A stretch of DNA of 64,000 nt. Source: a virus. How positions within the stretch are numbered: the first letter of the stretch is position 1; each line of letters opens with the position of its first letter. This document shows positions 58,306-64,000 of this stretch, in pieces. Where the stretch lies: IMG/VR virus record IMGVR_UViG_3300027763_000029, one strand, 5' to 3'. The translations under genes were made by a program, and so were the position numbers. Below the pieces are notes generated by a model. The model did not search any database. It saw only the letters and a program-made list of their open reading frames with translations, and had not been told where the DNA came from.

Positions 58306-61300
58306 ACTGTATCATTGAGAAGGTATTTGCAAATAGACCTATTCCAGGAGAATTTGATCCATAAAGAGATATTCTATTTATCATAGTAGGATAACGATTT
58401 AATGTGTCAAAATAGAACTCCCTTGATGTTGTACTAATTGTTAGTTGAGATTGTGATATATAAAAACCTCCACTAAAAGTATTTACATATATTGACTGGC
58501 CACCATTTACTGCATCTTGCCATCCTGTGGTAAGAGGACCAAAAGCATACTTAAAGCCTCTTATAGGAGTCCAAACAGGGAAAACAACAGATATCTTAAA
58601 ACCGTCTCTTTCTGTGTGAGTATTTATATATGTATTATAATCTTGAGTAGATAAATATCTGTATCTAGTATTGTCATTTAAGAAACTCAATAATGGAGGA
58701 TATGTTGTTTGGTTGACAACAGATGCTCTAGACATATCTGGATAGTTCGATTCAACACTGCTCCAACCATATCCGTCTATTATTGGTTGTCCAAAATTAT
58801 CTAAATAATAGGGGGTGGGGTAGTAGGGCGGGGCTACTCTGTAGATAGGAACACGAACACCAAAACTAAAACTCTTCTGATAAAAATATTCATTAACAAT
58901 ATAAGGTCTTGGAGTGCGTGTTGGGGTTGATGTTATTGCTGGCGTTGGCGTGAATGGTGGTGTTGGAGAAACAGATGGTGTTGGATATGGTGTTTGAGAT
59001 AGAGATGGGGTTGGTGTTGGTACATTTAGATAGTCTACAACTAACTCAACAGGCATTGTATTTGATATGTCGTCAAATATTTGTAAAACAACTATACCTC
59101 CATTATTACCCACCGAATCATAGTAACCAACAAATAGATTATCTTCCAAATTACAAGTATTACAATTCTTCTCAGACGCTATTGCTATAGACGTTACTAT
59201 TTTACCTGGAATATTTAGATTTATGATATTAACTATTTGATCAGAATCTGTATTGATGCATGCTACTTTATTGGTGTCTAATAAAACATATAGTATATTT
59301 TTATGGTATTCCATAGCAACTGGTTTTGCATTATCTGCGAAAGGTACACGATATAAGCTATTAGCAACCCAGTTCTCTACAAAAACTTCTTGAGTATTAT
59401 TTTGATTGGCGGTCTCTGATAGTACATGAACGCCTGGATTATCTCCTATATCAGATATATATACTTTTCCGTTAGTTCTCATATACGAAGAATTATTACC
59501 ATAGAAATATTTTGCATTATTATTCGGACAAAGAACTTGGCCTGGTTCACTACCTTCTGGCAACATGCAATACCTATTAGATATAGCATTTGTTCCATAT
59601 ATAAAAATAACTGGTACAAGTTTCCATATTTTTGTAAGATCTGGTTGAGCAAAAAATGCTCTTACAAGAGCAGCAACATAAACACATCCCGCGGTTGAAC
59701 TATAGTCCAAACCCCTAGCATAAGTACCACCAATAGTATTTCTTATATTAGTTTTGAAAAACTCACTATTAGTAAATGGTCTTTCTGGATCGTTAGAGTA
59801 GAAAAAAGATCCATAGTCTATTCTGCAGTCATTACTGGTATTATTGCTGGAACAGAAAGCAGATTCTCCTGGTAGCCAATATTGTCGATCCAAACTTAGT
59901 CCTACAGTTTTATTATTTGTTCCCATCATTGTTTGTTGAAGAGCAATTCCTACGTAGCCTGCATTATGATATTGCCCGGTTGGGAATCTGGAGTCTTCTA
60001 GATTACTAATATCGAAAGAATTAGAACCGTATGGTGCACTTATTCCAATGAAATTTGTTCCTTTGTTTTTAGTGTATCCACCAGTTGAAGAAAAAAATGT
60101 TGGGTCAGTAGTACCATAAAGTAATCCATATGATGTCGAACCAGTTTCGTCAAAAAATTTAGCAGAGGTCAATCTGTGTATTTTCTTTTCCGTTAGTCCA
60201 TAATAAGAACCTATATATAGACTATTATTTATTCTATATGCATTATTAAATTTTATTACATCTTTAATTTCACACCTTAATAATCCTCGACCATATTTAG
60301 GACTAAAGTTTAAAAGATGATTATCCGGTACACCAACATAGCTTGAAAGGTGTTTATCGGAAGCTATCGCTTGAACACCACCACTAACATTTATAATTCC
60401 TCTTAATGAAAATTGAGTAATATTTATTGGGGTTGGAGAAGGACTTGGTGTTGGATATGGCGTTGGTGTTTTGGTTGGTGGTAAGGTTGCTACTATTCTG
60501 GACGTACCATCTCCTACCGCATTAGCACTTACGCAATATGGAATATCATCGGTCTGAGTGGCATAAGACCAATAGCCAGCGTCGGTACCTATTGCTTTAT
60601 AATATGCTGCTTTATACCATTCATTCCAGGTAGGAATATAATATTTTGCTGTGGTATTTCTGGATCTATTACCAGATGTTGCACCACTTATACTGTATGC
60701 TCCAGTCTCAGTGGTACTATTATTCTGAGGTCCTATTGGTTTGCTATTATGCAACCAGTTTGCGTATCTTGCAGCACTAAGCCAGCTAACAAAATTAACA
60801 GGTTTATTACCATAGTTTGTTTTAGTCGAATATGAGTAGCTTCCATCGCCTCCTGATCGGTTTATACCTCCTAATGATCCAGACATATTGGTATCGTATA
60901 CTCCATATAAGTCTGTGATTGCAATAGCATTCAAGAATTGAACATATTCGCTATTAGTAATCTCATATTTTTGTATCATATATGAATATGGAACGCTTCC
61001 TTTTCTGAATCCTGTAGTATCAGGAGCATTATTTGGATCTCCAACGGACATAAAATTAGAATAATTATTAGGATTAGTTAAAGTTGCTAAACGAAAGCCT
61101 ATATAAGAACGTCTATCATTAGATCCGGTGCCAGATATTAAGTTTTTATTATTAATTGAAGTGTCTGAATAATTACCCCCAGTATAACAATATGAGCCAA
61201 TACTAGGCGATTCATCGATCCATTCATCTATATTACCATCCATATCGTAAACGCCATAAGCACTTGGTCCGCCGTTAGTTCCAACAGTAGTTAGATTTCC

Positions 61301-64000
61301 GCTTGTGCCATTCCAAATAGCACAGCGACTCCAGTTTATACTATTAGCTCCAATTATACGCGGAGTTAGTGTTGGAGTTATTGTTGGCGTTGATGCTGGC
61401 GTTCGTGTCGGTGTTGAAGTTACGGTAGGCGTAGATGTTATAGCTGAAGTTTGTGTCTGAGTTACTGTTGTTGTTGACGTTACTGTTGGTGTTTTTGTTG
61501 GAGTTTGAGTTGCTGTTGATGTTCTGGTTGGAGTTGGTGTTGGCGTTGCAAATGAACCATCTCCAATACTATTAGATATTATCCGATCTGGCTGACTATT
61601 GCTCTGTGTAGCATAAGTCCAATATCCCGCATTGGTACTGCCTCCTTTATAATACGCGGCCTTGTACCATTCATTTTCGGTTGGAATATAATATTTTGCT
61701 CCAATTTTTCTTGATACAGTGTCTGTTCGTGCTGTTTTACCATTTAAAGCGTATGCTCCATCTTCAGTGGTACTACTATTTTGAAGTCCAGATGGTTTAC
61801 CATTATGCAACCAATTGCAGTAACGAGCAGCATCAAACCAATTCACATAGTTTACCGGCTTGTTGCCGTAATTATTTTTTACAGTATAAGAAAAGCTTCC
61901 ACTAGCTCCTGATTGGATTATCCCTCCTGGAGTACTAGCATAACCCATCAGATAAAAATACAATTGATATGTATCAGTTGCAGCAATAGCATTTAAAAAT
62001 TCAGCATACTCACTATTAGTAATTTCATATTTACCTATATGATACTCATATGCTACTGCTCCCCTACCAATACTTCCATACGTATTCAAAGTATCAGCAA
62101 GATTATTAGCGTCTCCAACGACTACAAAATTAGAATAATTATAAGGATTATTAGAGCTTGAGATACGAAAACCATACTGACTGGTCTTTGAAACTGGATT
62201 ATCGAATCCTCCTCCGTAAGATGATGTGAAAGGAATAGTAATATTAAATGCTCCACCCCTTATCTGCTTATCGGCATATGTATTGGTGCCGTCATAATCG
62301 TTCCATTCTTGAACATTGCCGTCCATATCATAAGTGCCATAAGCGCTTGGTCCACCATTGCTTCCAACCGAAGATACATTTCCATTTTTATTATCCCAAA
62401 CTACATAATTGTTGTAGTTAGCAGTATTAGCACCAAAAATACGCGATGTTGGTGTTGGCGTAGGTGTTTTTGTTTGACTAATTGTTGGCGTTATAGTGGG
62501 TGTTATAGCAGGTGTCTGAGTCGTTGTTGGAGTTACTGTATTGGTTGGTGTTAATGTCACTGTTGGGGTGATCGTTGATGTTTTTGTAGCTGTTATAGTA
62601 GCTGTTTGTGTGGCTGTGACTGTTGGGGTTATTGTTGATGTTACTGTTGAAGTAAGGGTTGGAGTAACCGTTAATGTTCGAGTAATGGTTTTTGTTATTG
62701 TCTGAGTGTTTGTGGGAGTTGTCGTAGAGGTAATTGTTGGCGTTATCGTTGAAGTAAGAGTGGGAGTAGAGGTTAATGTTGGAGTAGTAGTTTTTGTTAT
62801 CGTAGGAGTGGTTGTTGGTGTTATTGTTTGGGTTCTTGTTGGACTAATAGTATTAGTTTGGGTTATGGTTGTAGTAACTGTGGATGTAATGGTTGGAGTA
62901 ACAGTTTGAGTGAGAGTTGGAGTTGGACTAATTGGAGTAGCTGTGATAGTTGACGTAACGGTTGGAGTAACTGTCTGAGTGGACGTTGGTGTTGGGCTAA
63001 TTGGAGTAGCTGTAACAGTTGGAGTAACAGTTGGAGTGAGGGTTCTAGTTGCTGTTGATGTTACTGTGTTAGTTGGAGTTACGGTTGTTGTTGCTGTTCT
63101 TGTTACTGTTGGAGTAAATGTTGGACTCACAGTATTGGTGGGCGTTATTGTTGATGTTATAGACGGAGTAACAGTTGAAGTAGGCGTTAGTGATTGAGTA
63201 ACAGTTTGAGTTACCGTTGAGGTTGTTGTAACAGTTGGAGTTGCTGTTGATGTTACTGTGTTAGTTGGAGTTACGGTTGATGTTGCTGTTATTGTTACTG
63301 TTGGAGTAAATGTTGGACTCACAGTATTGGTGGGCGTTATTGTTGATGTTATAGATGGAGTAACAGTTGAGGTAGCGGTTAGTGATTGAGTAACCGTTTG
63401 GGTTACTGTTGATGTTACTGTAGTAGTTGGAGTTACGGTTGATGTTACTGTGTTAGTTGGGGTTACTGTTAATGTTGGCGTTATTGTTGATGTTACTGTA
63501 TTGGTTGGAGTTAATGTCGGAGTTACTGTGTTAGTCGGAGTTAATGTGGGAGTTTCTTTGTTAGTTGGTGTTATTGTTGTAGTTGCCGTAACTGTTGGCG
63601 TTATTGTGGAAGTTGCTGTATTAGTTGGTGTTATTGAGTTTGTTGGCGTAAAAGTTGGAGTTATCGTTGGAGTAACCGTTGAACTGACCGTTACTGTTGG
63701 CGTAATTGTTGGAGTTACTGTCGGAGTTTTAGTAGCCGCAGGAGTTGATGTTGAAGTTGGTGTTCTTGTTGGAGTTGTTGTATTGGTTGGTGTGGGGGTT
63801 GGACTTGCTAATGGACCATAACCTATATTATTTACATTTATCCCATATGGAGCACTATTACTCTGAGTAGCATACTGCCAATAGCCAGCGTCGGTACCTC
63901 CTCCTTTATAGTAAGCTGCTTTAAACCATTCATTTTTAGTTGGTATACAGTATTTTGCTCCAACTTTTCTCGTTGTACTAGTTCCACTACCTATTCCATT
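58289..64000 (-). CDS. Giant mucin-like adhesin with at least three permuted FGE-sulfatase domains, 5' end outside the window
   Basis: The frame of the 58289-63322 ORF continues to 64000 (678 nt, 226 codons), where it reads [20 protein letters not shown]. The listed start at 63322 is internal. Confidence 0.8.
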   Translation of the reverse strand, partial: NGIGSGTSTTRKVGAKYCIPTKNEWFKAAYYKGGGTDAGYWQYATQSNSAPYGINVNNIGYGPLASPTPTPTNTTTPTRTPTSTSTPAATKTPTVTPTITPTVTVSSTVTPTITPTFTPTNSITPTNTATSTITPTVTATTTITPTNKETPTLTPTNTVTPTLTPTNTVTSTITPTLTVTPTNTVTSTVTPTTTVTSTVTQTVTQSLTATSTVTPSITSTITPTNTVSPTFTPTVTITATSTVTPTNTVTSTATPTVTTTSTVTQTVTQSLTPTSTVTPSITSTITPTNTVSPTFTPTVTRTATTTVTPTNTVTSTATRTLTPTVTPTVTATPISPTPTSTQTVTPTVTSTITATPISPTPTLTQTVTPTITSTVTTTITQTNTISPTRTQTITPTTTPTITKTTTPTLTSTPTLTSTITPTITSTTTPTNTQTITKTITRTLTVTPTLTSTVTSTITPTVTATQTATITATKTSTITPTVTLTPTNTVTPTTTQTPAITPTITPTISQTKTPTPTPTSRIFGANTANYNNYVVWDNKNGNVSSVGSNGGPSAYGTYDMDGNVQEWNDYDGTNTYADKQIRGGAFNITIPFTSSYGGGFDNPVSKTSQYGFRISSSNNPYNYSNFVVVGDANNLADTLNTYGSIGRGAVAYEYHIGKYEITNSEYAEFLNAIAATDTYQLYFYLMGYASTPGGIIQSGASGSFSYTVKNNYGNKPVNYVNWFDAARYCNWLHNGKPSGLQNSSTTEDGAYALNGKTARTDTVSRKIGAKYYIPTENEWYKAAYYKGGSTNAGYWTYATQSNSQPDRIISNSIGDGSFATPTPTPTRTSTATQTPTKTPTVTSTTTVTQTQTSAITSTPTVTSTPTRTPASTPTITPTLTPRIIGANSINWSRCAIWNGTSGNLTTVGTNGGPSAYGVYDMDGNIDEWIDESPSIGSYCYTGGNYSDTSINNKNLISGTGSNDRRSYIGFRLATLTNPNNYSNFMSVGDPNNAPDTTGFRKGSVPYSYMIQKYEITNSEYVQFLNAIAITDLYGVYDTNMSGSLGGINRSGGDGSYSYSTKTNYGNKPVNFVSWLSAARYANWLHNSKPIGPQNNSTTETGAYSISGATSGNRSRNTTAKYYIPTWNEWYKAAYYKAIGTDAGYWSYATQTDDIPYCVSANAVGDGTSRIVATLPPTKTPTPYPTPSPSPTPINITQFSLRGIINVSGGVQAIASDKHLSSYVGVPDNHLLNFSPKYGRGLLRCEIKDVIKFNNAYRINNSLYIGSYYGLTEKKIHRLTSAKFFDETGSTSYGLLYGTTDPTFFSSTGGYTKNKGTNFIGISAPYGSNSFDISNLEDSRFPTGQYHNAGYVGIALQQTMMGTNNKTVGLSLDRQYWLPGESAFCSSNNTSNDCRIDYGSFFYSNDPERPFTNSEFFKTNIRNTIGGTYARGLDYSSTAGCVYVAALVRAFFAQPDLTKIWKLVPVIFIYGTNAISNRYCMLPEGSEPGQVLCPNNNAKYFYGNNSSYMRTNGKVYISDIGDNPGVHVLSETANQNNTQEVFVENWVANSLYRVPFADNAKPVAMEYHKNILYVLLDTNKVACINTDSDQIVNIINLNIPGKIVTSIAIASEKNCNTCNLEDNLFVGYYDSVGNNGGIVVLQIFDDISNTMPVELVVDYLNVPTPTPSLSQTPYPTPSVSPTPPFTPTPAITSTPTRTPRPYIVNEYFYQKSFSFGVRVPIYRVAPPYYPTPYYLDNFGQPIIDGYGWSSVESNYPDMSRASVVNQTTYPPLLSFLNDNTRYRYLSTQDYNTYINTHTERDGFKISVVFPVWTPIRGFKYAFGPLTTGWQDAVNGGQSIYVNTFSGGFYISQSQLTISTTSREFYFDTLNRYPTMINRISLYGSNSPGIGLFANTFSMIQFEPIY
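62450..63800 (-). repeat. Thr/Pro low-complexity tract including a ~192-nt tandem duplication
   Basis: TPT(V/I)T repeats. Blocks 63102-63178 and 63294-63370 are near-identical. Confidence 0.85.

Noticed and set aside
62309-63821. Val/Gly-rich + strand ORFs (also 55085-55282, and 5913-6116 on the - strand)
   Set aside because: They are antisense shadows of Thr/Pro codon repeats in real genes.
53614-64000. Complete diversity-generating retroelement
   Set aside because: No reverse transcriptase and no TR/VR pair differing only at adenines is visible in this window.
1-64000. Stop-codon reassignment
   Set aside because: Code 11 gives dense, full-length genes, and TAA, TAG and TGA all terminate genes at plausible ends. 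The dnaE break also changes frame, so read-through alone cannot repair it.

Overview
This is a 64-kb segment of a large, AT-rich, tailed dsDNA bacteriophage using standard code 11. I saw no rRNA, tRNA, CRISPR, integrase or transposase. A Planctomycetota-like host is a weak inference from the protein families present. The + strand (1-37339) carries: a DeoC-like gene; tail-fibre/adhesin genes; a membrane-protein cluster around a papain-like peptidase; nucleotide metabolism (dCMP deaminase, class II RNR, dUTPase, PhoH, dNMP kinase); replication/recombination (RecA, DnaB, primase, Cas4-like nuclease, DnaE in two genes with a DEDDh exonuclease between them, SSB, Rad52-like protein); and a glycosyltransferase-like cluster. 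The - strand (37400-64000) carries giant virion proteins and Pro/Thr-stalked adhesins. The top finding is in dnaE. Its conserved N-terminal motif YIPLHVHS-HYSLLDG is interrupted by an 11-nt, stop-containing, frameshifting insert (TCT TAA GTG GG TCA CAC) flanked by synonymous Ser codons. The insert is exactly complementary to the 5' leader and sits next to a hairpin covering the whole 14-codon first segment, which makes it a candidate for programmed translational bypassing or micro-splicing. Other highlights are a recurrent intergenic GGTGTAT promoter-like motif, circularly permuted FGE/C-type-lectin domains with divergent binding loops, and an apparently catalytically dead DeoC. All family calls come from motif recognition by eye, not database searches.
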